Positions 38,317 through 48,403 of a DNA stretch of 64,000 nucleotides are shown here, one piece after another. Each line of letters opens with the position of its first letter. Position 1 is the first letter of the stretch. The DNA lies in the sequence record OM634661.1, one strand, 5' to 3'. The position numbers and the translations under genes were made by a program. The notes beneath the pieces were generated by a model. That model did no database searches and was not told the DNA's origin. It saw only the letters and a program-made list of their open reading frames with translations.

Positions 38317-39321
38317 TCATTTTCCTTGTTGATCGGCTATGTGAAGAAGACATAATTTATTTATATCGTCTTTATCTAAGCCGTTTCTTTCTAATTTTTT
38401 ATATATTTTTTGGAAAGCTGATTCAGGATTTTCACTTTTCCCTACTTGGTGAAGCATCATGTGATACTGAATTAATAATAGTGTTTTTTGAATAAACATT
38501 TGATCAAAACCAATATTCGTTAGAAATTGAAAAGCAATTTTAGTTGATACATTTTCATGACCAATAAAATTTGCATATCTTTTCTTTTCACCTTTAAAAT
38601 TATAAAAAGATTTTGTTTCATACTTACCGATATCATGGAATAAAGCAGCAATCAAAATAGATAAGTCATCTGTTTGAGATTTTACATAATCCCACACATA
38701 AAATGTATGTCTACTAACAGAGAATGAATGGTAAGTACTATCTTGCGCCAAATTAAATATATTGTCAAATGAGGAACAATAAGACGATAATTCTTTGAAT
38801 AGATCATCATGTTCAGCATCACTTTTTACAAGTTCAATGAACTTTTCTTTTTTATCAGAGATATCATTTGTTTCACCATAAACATAGATACGATTCCAAC
38901 CTTCAGTTTTTAAAGGTATTTGAGTCGCATTGTACATTTCAATTAAACGTTTCTTAGGAACATGTTTTTCTGGAGACCTTTGAAGATTCTGTTTTAAACA
39001 TGTTTCTAATGAATGTTGGAAAAAATATATTTCTTTTTCTACATCTAATTTCTTAATAAGTGTTAGAAAATGAACACGTTTTTTTCTTGATAAATTTGTT
39101 GCATCTATAATAACATCTTCATCATTCATCAAAAGTTCTTTTGCTTTTTGATAAATATACTCAAAGACTTTTTGATCATGATCAAAGTTGTCATATGAAC
39201 CAGCCATTATTTTTCTGGTTTCATCTGATGAAAGAACAGTTCCTTCAAGAGTTTTAGACAATGTTGATTTTCCTGAACCAGGAGGTCCGCAAAGCATACG
39301 GAATGTAGCCATATTATTCAC
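38317..39321 (-). CDS. polynucleotide kinase (AAA_33) fused to an HD domain
   Basis: GPPGSGKST, IIDATNL..R, then SVSRH..AALFHDIGK..GHE..HM. Confidence 0.85.
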   Translation of the reverse strand: MNNMATFRMLCGPPGSGKSTLSKTLEGTVLSSDETRKIMAGSYDNFDHDQKVFEYIYQKAKELLMNDEDVIIDATNLSRKKRVHFLTLIKKLDVEKEIYFFQHSLETCLKQNLQRSPEKHVPKKRLIEMYNATQIPLKTEGWNRIYVYGETNDISDKKEKFIELVKSDAEHDDLFKELSSYCSSFDNIFNLAQDSTYHSFSVSRHTFYVWDYVKSQTDDLSILIAALFHDIGKYETKSFYNFKGEKKRYANFIGHENVSTKIAFQFLTNIGFDQMFIQKTLLLIQYHMMLHQVGKSENPESAFQKIYKKLERNGLDKDDINKLCLLHIADQQGK

Positions 39322-39788
39322 CTCTCTACGAATGTAAACCTCTGAACTTTTTTTCCATCTACTTCTAATTTTCCAAAAAACATTTCTTTAGGCCTTGCCC
39401 AATGATTTGCTTTTTCATCTTTGTAAAGAATAAGGGTTTCTTCTGTTTCGGTATGAACAGCTTCACCAGTAATAGTATATATGCTTCCTTTGTAATGCTT
39501 AAACTGTGATCCAATAAGAAGATGTGTATTTACGAGATCCATTGTGTCTTTAGTAATATGATAATCAAAATAATCAACTTCATGAAGATCATATTCTAAG
39601 GAGAATTTTAATAGATCAGTTACAACAACATCTCTTATGTCATACTCTATCGTATTGCATTTAGGACATCTGAAATGAGGAATATTATTAATCTTAACAG
39701 TTTCTTGATTTTTAATATGATGATGTACTGTTCCTAATTTCAAAGGCATTTTTTCATCACAATGATAACAAATAACAGCATGACTCAT
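39318..39788 (-). CDS. YgiT-type zinc finger fused to DUF1653
   Basis: CYHC..NIPHFRCPKC; FKHYKG.IY..A.HTET..LY..WARP.EMF. Confidence 0.75.
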   Translation of the reverse strand: MSHAVICYHCDEKMPLKLGTVHHHIKNQETVKINNIPHFRCPKCNTIEYDIRDVVVTDLLKFSLEYDLHEVDYFDYHITKDTMDLVNTHLLIGSQFKHYKGSIYTITGEAVHTETEETLILYKDEKANHWARPKEMFFGKLEVDGKKVQRFTFVER

Positions 39789-40117
39789 AACTCTCTCATC
39801 CTCCTTAAAGCTTCTTGCCTAGAAATAGGTCTAGGGCCTTGTGTAGTTCGTTTGATACCAGGAATGGGGCCTAAGTAGCCCGCAATCTCTAATTGCTTCT
39901 GTGCTCGTCTAAATACATAATCAATATTTTCATGAGGTTTAATAGTGCCATCAATTTCTAGATGTTTGTTTGGAATCCAAACATTTTGATTTGTGTCATT
40001 GAGGGTATATCTCTTGGCATGTCCTTTTGCATTAGAAGGTTTATGATAAGATCTATTGATTAATTTAATTTTAATACCTTTATAGTATTGATCAGAAAAA
40101 TTATATTCTACAGTCAT
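39785..40117 (-). CDS. hypothetical phage protein
   Basis: 110-aa ORF, RBS GGAG. Confidence 0.65.
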   Translation of the reverse strand: MTVEYNFSDQYYKGIKIKLINRSYHKPSNAKGHAKRYTLNDTNQNVWIPNKHLEIDGTIKPHENIDYVFRRAQKQLEIAGYLGPIPGIKRTTQGPRPISRQEALRRMREL

Positions 40118-40131
40118 GATAAGTTCTCCAT

Positions 40132-40560
40132 TTAGTCTAAAATCATATCAGGATCATCGTGAATGTTGCCGATGATTCGTAATGATTGATCTTGAAATTC
40201 ATTCAATGTATCTCCGACACCATGTGATACACCTGATACATTTGATGTTGATTTCATCATTCTAACTCCTAAGAATGTATCTTGATCATATTCAACAAGT
40301 AAAATATAAGCATCTTCCTCTGAAATAGGATAGTATTGTCCTTGTAAAATATCACCTTCATAAATTCCTACATGATAGATATCATTATGAGTGGTGTATT
40401 GTCCAACAGTTTGAGGGATTACTTCTTCTTTATGAATAGAACCTTCTTCATTTAAAGAAATAATGAAGTGTTTTTCAATATTTTTTGTTGGTTGCAAATA
40501 AGCTCCATAAATCCATTCACCAGTATCAACAGATTTTCCACGGAACTTTATTTTCCTCAT
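40132..40560 (-). CDS. YopX family protein
   Basis: IKFRGK..WIYG, TVGQYT..IYEGDIL, IIGNIHD. Confidence 0.85.
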   Translation of the reverse strand: MRKIKFRGKSVDTGEWIYGAYLQPTKNIEKHFIISLNEEGSIHKEEVIPQTVGQYTTHNDIYHVGIYEGDILQGQYYPISEEDAYILLVEYDQDTFLGVRMMKSTSNVSGVSHGVGDTLNEFQDQSLRIIGNIHDDPDMILD

Positions 40561-40651
40561 TACATTCAGCTCCTTATCATTAAATAAAAAAAGGTCAGCA
40601 AGCAATTGATAAACAACCGCTCACCGACCTTATAAAGAGAGATAATAAATG

Positions 40652-41884
40652 TCAATTTAAAGATTTTTGTGATTCATGAGCGTCCAAGAAAAACTTAATC
40701 TCATTTATCTTCTTTAGACCTTCTCCTCTTTTGTTCAAAATTCTAAGATCTTGCTTCAAGTAAGCCTTTGTTAAAAAAGGTTGGATATGACGAGGAACAT
40801 TTTGTTTGTTCCAAAGCATAAAGTCTTTTTTATCAAGCTTAGCGCCTTTTGGAAGCCAATAAGAAATGCTTGATTTAACAATATCGATATAATCAAATAC
40901 GAAAGATGCAACATTTTCAACTGAAGGTCTATATGCTGGTGGAACTTTAGAAATAAAGTCATCATAGGTGTTGTTGTAAATGGATCTAATAATCATATTA
41001 GGTGACAAAGAATCTTCCACAGCTGAGTGCAGCATAACATAACTATCTGTTTTTATTTTAACAAATTGACCGTCAATATTTAAAACCCATCCTTCAATTT
41101 CTAATCCATTTGATGTAGACATAAGAGTAATCAATTCTTCTAAAGAAGATGAAATTAACTCTACACATTTCACACCATATGGTTTTGCAATAAGTGAAAA
41201 TTGTTGGTGCGTCAAATGATTACCATTATGAATATTTCTTGCTCCAATTAAATGCAGTCCAAAATCTTTTTCCTCATACTCAACAACATGTTTGTCATCT
41301 GGAGAAATGTTTTCAAAAATGAAAGTAAGATCAGGATTCTCCTTTAACATTTGTTTATGACCATCTGTTAAGTAATTGTATCCATTTTGAAGTCTATATG
41401 ATTGAACTGGATCTAAGGCTCTACTTCCAGACATGATATACTGACCTTTGTAATACCTTGCAGATTGCATTGATCCATCTAACTTATTGGTAACTTCAAA
41501 GAGTTTTGCATGTTTAATCTTTTCTTTAATAATATTTTCTGATGTTTCTTCTCTTTCATTAATATTGAAGAATTTAGAGAAAGGAGTTAGAACAAGCTCT
41601 TCATTTAGAAGATCAATAACAACACTTCTGCTTTCTAATAAAAATCCGTTGTTTTCTGTCCAAGCACCTCTTTGGAACCCAGCGACTCCATATCTTACAA
41701 GAAGAAGATGATCTTTCTGTGTAAATTCAAGGTCTTGAAAGACGGTATTCATTTGTTCATCATCTAGTTCTTGTAATGATTCTTTAAAATTATTAATAGA
41801 TTTATTGAAAGTAGATGTATAAAGATCTTTAACTTCCATCACTTTATTATATACAGGGTTCCAAGAAAAAATATCTCTATTCAT
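40652..41884 (-). CDS. T4 Rnl1-like RNA ligase
   Basis: PFSKFFN, motif I TNKLDGS, TFIFE, EGWV, VKIKTDSY. Confidence 0.85.
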   Translation of the reverse strand: MNRDIFSWNPVYNKVMEVKDLYTSTFNKSINNFKESLQELDDEQMNTVFQDLEFTQKDHLLLVRYGVAGFQRGAWTENNGFLLESRSVVIDLLNEELVLTPFSKFFNINEREETSENIIKEKIKHAKLFEVTNKLDGSMQSARYYKGQYIMSGSRALDPVQSYRLQNGYNYLTDGHKQMLKENPDLTFIFENISPDDKHVVEYEEKDFGLHLIGARNIHNGNHLTHQQFSLIAKPYGVKCVELISSSLEELITLMSTSNGLEIEGWVLNIDGQFVKIKTDSYVMLHSAVEDSLSPNMIIRSIYNNTYDDFISKVPPAYRPSVENVASFVFDYIDIVKSSISYWLPKGAKLDKKDFMLWNKQNVPRHIQPFLTKAYLKQDLRILNKRGEGLKKINEIKFFLDAHESQKSLN

Positions 41885-41915
41885 AGTTATCTCCGATCAT
41901 TATTTTTTATGAAAA

Positions 41916-42188
41916 TTAATAAACATCAGGAAGATTTAATTGTTTTTGCAATTCCATTCTTACCATTGTGATTTTATGAATATCCCAAACAATCTCTTTT
42001 TCATTAACTTCTTTACATGCTTGAGCATATAATTGTTGCATTTTCTTCATTAAGAAAAATATATCCTCATCAATATCATCTTGTAATTGAAGTTGAAGAT
42101 TTTTTGGTGCACCTTCTTCTTCAAATTCGTCTTCTTCTTTGTAATAGCCATAACCTTCTTCATAAGTAAGCTCTTTTTCATTTTCCAT
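41916..42188 (-). CDS. hypothetical acidic protein
   Basis: 90-aa ORF, RBS AAGGAG. Confidence 0.65.
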   Translation of the reverse strand: MENEKELTYEEGYGYYKEEDEFEEEGAPKNLQLQLQDDIDEDIFFLMKKMQQLYAQACKEVNEKEIVWDIHKITMVRMELQKQLNLPDVY

Positions 42189-42203
42189 ATATAGGTCTCC
42201 TTT

Positions 42204-42995
42204 TTAAGACAGAAAATTGTATTCTGCTTTAAATTTAATTTCATTAAGTGTAATAATATCCAATAATTCTCTTCTATGATCATAGTATGGAGAAGAATTG
42301 TTCTTTATATAAGCTATAAATTCACGAGAATTGTAATTTGTATTATTTAATGTGTATGTTATTTGATTTCGTTTGATATATGAATAAAGATATTCATCTA
42401 AAAATTTTAAATAAATAATAGAACATTGATTCTCATGGAGGATTTGAGCATTATTTAAATAAATTCCTTTAAAAGTTTGGTTGCTTGAAATTTTAGATTC
42501 TCTTATATAAGAACGATTTTTTAGAGTAGCATTACCAAAAATTTTTGAACCAACTTCGATATGTGAATGAAAAATCTTAGCATTTCCAAACACTTCTGCA
42601 TCTGAACGAATGTTGGAATAATCTGTAACAATTGCATTATCATAAACTTTTGCCTGCCCAGAAACATAAGATAACTTATTTATTTGAGCAGATCCAAATA
42701 TGTTCGCATCATCACTGATAATAGATTTACCAAAAACTTTTGCATCATCAAAAACTTTGGCATCATGAAATACAGAAGCATTTTCATAGACTCTTGCATT
42801 ATGATACACCATAGCATCATGAAAAATCCAGCAATCTCCTTCTTGAGATAGATTATTCTCAGATTCAACGAATCCACCGAGATCTCCTTTTAGAACATTC
42901 ATAGTGTCTATGTCTTTCAAAGCTTCGATTCGATGTAGTTTTCGTCCGTTGTAAAACGTGTGCTGATCTTTCAACTTATACTTCAACTGCTTCAA
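42204..42995 (-). CDS. hexapeptide-repeat phage protein, paralogue 3
   Basis: RIEALKD..KGDLGGFVESENNLSQEGDCWIF plus repeats. Confidence 0.8.
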   Translation of the reverse strand: MKQLKYKLKDQHTFYNGRKLHRIEALKDIDTMNVLKGDLGGFVESENNLSQEGDCWIFHDAMVYHNARVYENASVFHDAKVFDDAKVFGKSIISDDANIFGSAQINKLSYVSGQAKVYDNAIVTDYSNIRSDAEVFGNAKIFHSHIEVGSKIFGNATLKNRSYIRESKISSNQTFKGIYLNNAQILHENQCSIIYLKFLDEYLYSYIKRNQITYTLNNTNYNSREFIAYIKNNSSPYYDHRRELLDIITLNEIKFKAEYNFLS

Positions 42996-43006
42996 CCTCC
43001 ATTCTA

Positions 43007-43561
43007 TTAAGAAAGAATGGTCTTAATAAGATCAAACATTCCATTCCATCCATTTTTAGCGTAAACATTATTTAAATTTTTACAATCTTGATTCCAGTGA
43101 TAATCAATAACAATGGCGGGTTTTCCTGTTTGACTCCATTTTTCAATATTATGTTTTGCATCATCAATTAATAAATCTGCATTGATTAAATCTTTTCTGC
43201 TTGCAGTGATGAAATTTTCTTTTTTGATAAAAGGCATATATTCTTGAAGCCAATTCCACTTATCTAAAACGGATTCAGGTAAAGCAGCTGTTAAAATAAT
43301 GAGATCATATTCATCATTAATCTTTTTCATTTCATCAAGTACATGATCGTCAATAAGTTTTAGTCTAGAAAACACACCAGAGTATTTAAAAAAGCCTTCA
43401 ATATCATATTCAGGATGATAGATTGAATCATTATATCCTTCTAATTGTTCAAAAGTGAGTTTATGTGAAGGGAATTTTTCGTTGTGATCTTCTAAGGTAG
43501 GAGTATATAAGTCAGCGATTGTGTCATCCATATCTATTGCGATAATTTTTTTATTTTTCAT
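43007..43561 (-). CDS. 5'(3')-deoxyribonucleotidase (NT5C, HAD)
   Basis: IAIDMDDTIAD, ILTAA, KWNWL, LLIDD..N, WN. Confidence 0.88.
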   Translation of the reverse strand: MKNKKIIAIDMDDTIADLYTPTLEDHNEKFPSHKLTFEQLEGYNDSIYHPEYDIEGFFKYSGVFSRLKLIDDHVLDEMKKINDEYDLIILTAALPESVLDKWNWLQEYMPFIKKENFITASRKDLINADLLIDDAKHNIEKWSQTGKPAIVIDYHWNQDCKNLNNVYAKNGWNGMFDLIKTILS

Positions 43562-43595
43562 ATGTGCCTCCTATAAAATCATATTATGTATTCAT

Positions 43596-43636
43596 AAAGA
43601 AAATAGAAGATGATGAATAAATTTCACCACCTTCTA
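43596..43636 (-). terminator. terminator after the E1/ThiF gene
   Basis: AGAAGGTGGTGAA-ATTTA-TTCATCATCTTCT followed by a T-rich run. Confidence 0.65.
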
Positions 43637-43646
43637 CTAAGGTATT

Positions 43647-44543
43647 CTATGCTTCTGTTGTTGTCAATTCTTCTTCATTTTCAGAAACTGGATTCAAAAC
43701 TTCTTCAGATAAAGTTTCAAACTTATTAAACTTTGTAGAGAAATTATGAAGTTTTGAGTTAAATGTAACACAATGAGATGAAATGCCCTCATCTTTTAAA
43801 GTAAGAATTGAATTTAAATAGCCAAACATTAATGTTCCAGCTGTAATATTCGTATGAATGTTTTGTGGATTAGACACTGCACGTTCTGCACAGGACTCTT
43901 CTGTTGGCAATTTGTCAGTTCCATCTAAAACTTCTGGGAACATTTCTGCAATACAAGGTGTTCTGAATGAAATAGGAGCACCTGACTTTGTATCTTTTGT
44001 TAGATAGTTTTTAGAATTATGACCAAGTACAACTTGCCCAGCATATTCTTCATTACCAGCATCAACCCAAAAACTATTTTCAATACGTTGATAAACATCA
44101 TGAATGATCTTTCTTGTTTTATTATTATCAACTGCACCAACGAAAACAGGAATTGAATTAGGAACTGATTTTGCAATGTCATAAAGCATTTTTTCTTCAG
44201 TTAAATAAGAGTCAACGATATTAATATCAATACCAAACGCTCTTGCATAGCGCATACCAAGAACTTGCGCCTTGTTTTTACCAACATCACTTGCAAGAAA
44301 GTTTTGTCTAGAGATGTTTTTGGTTTCAACTTCATCTCCATCAATAACAGTTACATAATGAGCAGGATTTGATTCAAATAATTTTGAACCAGCTTTTTGA
44401 TTTTGTAATGAAATTTGACGGAATAAGTTCGGGATAATATAACCGCCATTACCTCCAGAACCAATAATAATAAAATGTTTTGACATTTTTGGAAAGGTTG
44501 ATAATTGATAAGTTGGTGTGAATGAAAGTTCCAAATTAAACAC
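43647..44543 (-). CDS. ThiF/E1-like Ubl-activating enzyme (PRTRC ThiF type)
   Basis: IIIGSGGNGG, IDGDEVETKNISRQNF..GKNKA, AVDN..R, WVDAGN, putative catalytic Cys in ESCAE; start may be TTG 44534. Confidence 0.9.
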   Translation of the reverse strand: MFNLELSFTPTYQLSTFPKMSKHFIIIGSGGNGGYIIPNLFRQISLQNQKAGSKLFESNPAHYVTVIDGDEVETKNISRQNFLASDVGKNKAQVLGMRYARAFGIDINIVDSYLTEEKMLYDIAKSVPNSIPVFVGAVDNNKTRKIIHDVYQRIENSFWVDAGNEEYAGQVVLGHNSKNYLTKDTKSGAPISFRTPCIAEMFPEVLDGTDKLPTEESCAERAVSNPQNIHTNITAGTLMFGYLNSILTLKDEGISSHCVTFNSKLHNFSTKFNKFETLSEEVLNPVSENEEELTTTEA

Positions 44544-44555
44544 TCCTTTAATAAT

Positions 44556-44578
44556 AAAGGGCAGGTAAATACCCGCCC
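44556..44578 (-). terminator. hairpin between the JAB and E1 genes
   Basis: GGGCGGGTA-TT-TACCTGCCC followed by TTTATT. Confidence 0.5.
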
Positions 44579-44826
44579 ATTTTGATTTTATTTACTCTTA
44601 ACAGCTGGATTGAAAAGTTGATACTGTCCATTTTTAATCATAGTTGCAACAATATTACGAATATGTTCAATATCATTATCAACACTTTCAGAATTCACTG
44701 TATATAAATCAATTTCAGAAACGAAAATTGTATCGTCACTTTCATGATCAATAAGACTTACATAATTTTCAAAGTTACTGGCATATTCATCTTCATAATA
44801 TCCAGTGCTATACTCTTCTTCTTCGT

Positions 44827-45897
44827 TTACCAGACCTGTTTTTTTTTTGAATCTTGATAAGGATATTGAGAATCATGGTAAGAATATCCTTGCATGTAAT
44901 CATAGCCTTCTTCAAAATCATACGTGTTTGCATATCCAGTCAATGCTTCACCAGCTGAATAAGAATTAGCTCCACCATAGTTGTAAGTTGTTCTTTTACC
45001 TTTCCATGCAGGAGTAACACTAACTGAATGACAATTATACCAAGCAGCTGGATACTCAACATCAGGCCAAGGACCATTGTAAGGATGGTGTTCTACTTCT
45101 CTTTCTTCAGTGATAACTGGATCTTGGCCTTCAAGATTCAATACAGATGTCATAACCGTTTCTGTTTCATACATTGGTTGATCAAAAAGATGATGATAAG
45201 GAATGTTGATCTTTTTATCACCAGAAACAAAACGGAATAAGAAATCAGGTTGATCTTTTAAAATATTACCATAAACGCCATAAAACTGTGTCATATTTTC
45301 ATTTGAATCATCTGTACTAGACCAGAAAGCATTCATTGTGTGATGAGAATGCGTTTCACATAATGGCGTACAATTTTGTCTAAGCCAATGAACCATACCG
45401 TCATCTTTAAAGTCTGATAGTCCACCAGAGTTTTTCTGAATCGGACAGTAAATAACAAGCTGACCATCTTCTACAAGACCTTCAATTGGCTTCGCAGGAA
45501 TTTTTCCTTGAGCTTGGAAAAACTGAGGAAGCTGAACATTATCATGATTCCAAAAGAATAATACAGAAGCCTCTGTTTTGTCTCTATTGTAAACATCTTT
45601 ATAAAAAGATAGCACTTGAAGCCAATATTTAAAAGGAATTTTAGGTACTAATAGTTGGACTCCCTCCTCTAAAGGAGATAGACCTGGAATAGAAACGTTT
45701 TTGCCGAATTCTTGAATTTGTGTAATGAAAATAGAAATTGGTGTTTTTTCAATACGGAAGACACCATTTGATGCTGTTACGAAATTAAGCTTTTTGGAAA
45801 GGTCTAGATTTTCAAGACCTTCTCCTTTGTATTGTAAATAACCTGTTAATTGAGCTGCTAATTGTTGTTCTAAACTTAAAGCTAGTGGATTTGTCAT
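44827..45897 (-). CDS. prokaryotic JAB/JAMM metallopeptidase (PRTRC protein A type); probably extends to 44588 via the A10 run
   Basis: TEASVLFFW (catalytic Glu), CPIQ..S, JAMM motif HSHHTMNAFWSSTDD. Confidence 0.88.
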   Translation of the reverse strand: MTNPLALSLEQQLAAQLTGYLQYKGEGLENLDLSKKLNFVTASNGVFRIEKTPISIFITQIQEFGKNVSIPGLSPLEEGVQLLVPKIPFKYWLQVLSFYKDVYNRDKTEASVLFFWNHDNVQLPQFFQAQGKIPAKPIEGLVEDGQLVIYCPIQKNSGGLSDFKDDGMVHWLRQNCTPLCETHSHHTMNAFWSSTDDSNENMTQFYGVYGNILKDQPDFLFRFVSGDKKINIPYHHLFDQPMYETETVMTSVLNLEGQDPVITEEREVEHHPYNGPWPDVEYPAAWYNCHSVSVTPAWKGKRTTYNYGGANSYSAGEALTGYANTYDFEEGYDYMQGYSYHDSQYPYQDSKKKQVW

Positions 45898-45927
45898 TTT
45901 ATATTCCTCCTATTATGTGCTATATAA

Positions 45928-46695
45928 TTACATTCTATTTGACATAAAGTGATCAATTGCTTCTTGAACATTCATATTTTCTGAAATCAAAATATCATTT
46001 GGAAATGAATATTGAGTTCCTTCTTCTTTTGCTTCTTTTAGTTTATCATCAATATATTGAAATAGATGATTTGTTCTAAATACACTAACATTTACATTGT
46101 CTTTTTCATAATTAAAGTCAACAAACTTTTGACTATCTAGATCATGATTAAAGGGATTAGACAAAAATTGATCTGGAACAGTCATAATACCTCTAGAAAA
46201 GTTCACATTTGGATAACTAGATTGTGAACCCCAACAAAGCCAAGGGTCACTATTTGTATTCGAAAATGGATATCTGTAAACTGTCTCATTACCAGAAAGA
46301 ATCTGGCCTTTTAGAGCATATACGCCGCCTTGATGATAAGTTCTTGCTTCTGATCCTTCTTGTTTTCTAAAACTTAAAAGCCAAAGAGCATCAGGTACAA
46401 CAATTTCATATTCAGCAAAGTTTTCATGACTATCATGAACATCATAAGAAACTTTTTTAATATGTTGCGGCACTGTAATTGCATAAAATTCTAATGAATT
46501 CTTTGACGCATATTTAATACAACCCCATTGACTTGGAAGTAAAGGTGTTTGACTAACAGCATTATCCGAAATGACTCGTTGAATATTTTCAACTGTTGTC
46601 TTTTTAATAGATTTCATACCAGAAGGTGTCACCTTTTCAATTGTAACACCTTCCTTTTCAATATGAATGCTTAGTTTAGGATTAGTAACAGACAT
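45928..46695 (-). CDS. prokaryotic E2 family D conjugating enzyme (PRTRC protein B type)
   Basis: TPLLP, VP.ALW, VYALK..TVYRYPFSNT..LCWG (catalytic Cys), FLSNPFNHDL; ATG 46695 after GGAGG. Confidence 0.82.
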   Translation of the reverse strand: MSVTNPKLSIHIEKEGVTIEKVTPSGMKSIKKTTVENIQRVISDNAVSQTPLLPSQWGCIKYASKNSLEFYAITVPQHIKKVSYDVHDSHENFAEYEIVVPDALWLLSFRKQEGSEARTYHQGGVYALKGQILSGNETVYRYPFSNTNSDPWLCWGSQSSYPNVNFSRGIMTVPDQFLSNPFNHDLDSQKFVDFNYEKDNVNVSVFRTNHLFQYIDDKLKEAKEEGTQYSFPNDILISENMNVQEAIDHFMSNRM

Positions 46696-46708
46696 CGTAT
46701 GTCCTCCT

Positions 46709-48388
46709 TTAAATAATTGAGTATATTCTATTTTGTTCATGGAAATGAGTTACGGTATAAAATCTAACTGGAACTTCATGAACACCTGTTTGCATACCAA
46801 GAATAACTTTTAAATACTTGATAGGATCTCCACATTCAGATGAAATCTTCATGAAATATTGACGATTTTTGTCTAACGGATCTTTTACAAAAGCATGTAA
46901 GTTATTGTTAACGAAATAAATCCCATCCTTGATATGTGAATAATCAGCATTTGTGTTACTGAAAAATTCAAGCGTATCATCTAAACCAGAAAGATATTCT
47001 AAACGAGATTTAAAAAATCTATATGACTCTTTCTCATATTCATCTGTTTCTTCACTTTCAACAGAAGGAGTTTCAACATGTTCCTCTTTCTTTTGTTCGT
47101 CAATTTGTTTTTTGATTAAATCATACAAAGAATTCTCGAAATTTAATACAGGTTTTGAAGTATCATCACTTGTTGATTCAGTTTCAGTTGAATCATCTTG
47201 ATCTTCATTTGAAGAACGAAGAGCTTCCTGATATACTTCATTAAATTGATCTAATGACTCTTGATAATTATCAGGTAAAAGAGATTTAAATGGTGCTGTT
47301 TCAATTTTAATTGCCCATATTGAACCAATGATAACTTTTGCATACTCAATACCATTTTCAACAATAAATTCTTCAACAGAAGTAATTGAAGCAATTACAG
47401 GAACACCTTGTGATTTTTCATATTCAAAACCTTCTGGTAGCTCATCATTATAACCAACAGGAAGCATCATGAATTTTCTAGAACCATCAGGATCATTCTT
47501 AGATAAAATATTAATGTTTAAGCCTGGGACAATAAGATTAGATGAATCTACTTCTTTGTAAATTGGACCATGAAAATTCTCTGTAATATAAGAACGAACA
47601 GAAAGAGCTTCATTTGAAAGGTCCTTCTTAATATAAGATGAGATAATTTTATTATTTTCATCAATTGCTTGTTGATTCATTTGCTGAATCTTTTTATTAA
47701 TATGATCTTCATATTGTCCAACAATATTAGTATAAACTTCTTCATACTGAGACAAAATAAAAGCTTTATCTAGTGTTAAAGTAAGATTTCTAACAATATT
47801 AGTTGTAAGCCTTCTATCGTATGAATTTATTAAATGACTTTTAAATGGGATATGAATATAAAACAACAAAGAATCTTGATGTTCCTTGGTTTTCAAAGAA
47901 AAAAATTGAGCTGATGCAGCATCTTCTATCATTCTTTTAAGTGAACAATAAGTTGAATACATGTTTGCATGATGTTCTTCTAAGTATCTAATGAGTTCCT
48001 TATTATTTTGATCAGATTCTTCATGTCTAATTAATTCTATAGCTTTTAAAGCTGAAATTATTTTCTCATCTACAATACGCAAAGAAAGAGAATTTTTATT
48101 TTCATTAATTCTAGAGCCAGGGAATATCATTTTTAATAGATGTTTAAATGAATTTTTAATCTGATTATCATGATCTTCATTTGAATTTGGAAATTGTTCA
48201 AAAAAAGAAGGTAAATCTTCTAAAAAAGAATCTGTATTAAGTTCATATTCATCTAAAAGGCTGATAGAATACATGTCAGAAGATTGAGTATGTGAAAGAG
48301 CGGTTGTTAAGTCTTTCATTTCACGCAAAAAATTTAAGTAAGCTGCAATATGATTGGATTTTTTACGAAAAAGTTCTAAGTCATTCAT
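46709..48388 (-). CDS. large hypothetical protein in the Ubl operon
   Basis: 559-aa ORF, RBS AAAGGAGG; its stop is 13 nt before the E2 start. Confidence 0.8.
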   Translation of the reverse strand: MNDLELFRKKSNHIAAYLNFLREMKDLTTALSHTQSSDMYSISLLDEYELNTDSFLEDLPSFFEQFPNSNEDHDNQIKNSFKHLLKMIFPGSRINENKNSLSLRIVDEKIISALKAIELIRHEESDQNNKELIRYLEEHHANMYSTYCSLKRMIEDAASAQFFSLKTKEHQDSLLFYIHIPFKSHLINSYDRRLTTNIVRNLTLTLDKAFILSQYEEVYTNIVGQYEDHINKKIQQMNQQAIDENNKIISSYIKKDLSNEALSVRSYITENFHGPIYKEVDSSNLIVPGLNINILSKNDPDGSRKFMMLPVGYNDELPEGFEYEKSQGVPVIASITSVEEFIVENGIEYAKVIIGSIWAIKIETAPFKSLLPDNYQESLDQFNEVYQEALRSSNEDQDDSTETESTSDDTSKPVLNFENSLYDLIKKQIDEQKKEEHVETPSVESEETDEYEKESYRFFKSRLEYLSGLDDTLEFFSNTNADYSHIKDGIYFVNNNLHAFVKDPLDKNRQYFMKISSECGDPIKYLKVILGMQTGVHEVPVRFYTVTHFHEQNRIYSII

Positions 48389-48403
48389 TTTATGATCCTC
48401 CTT

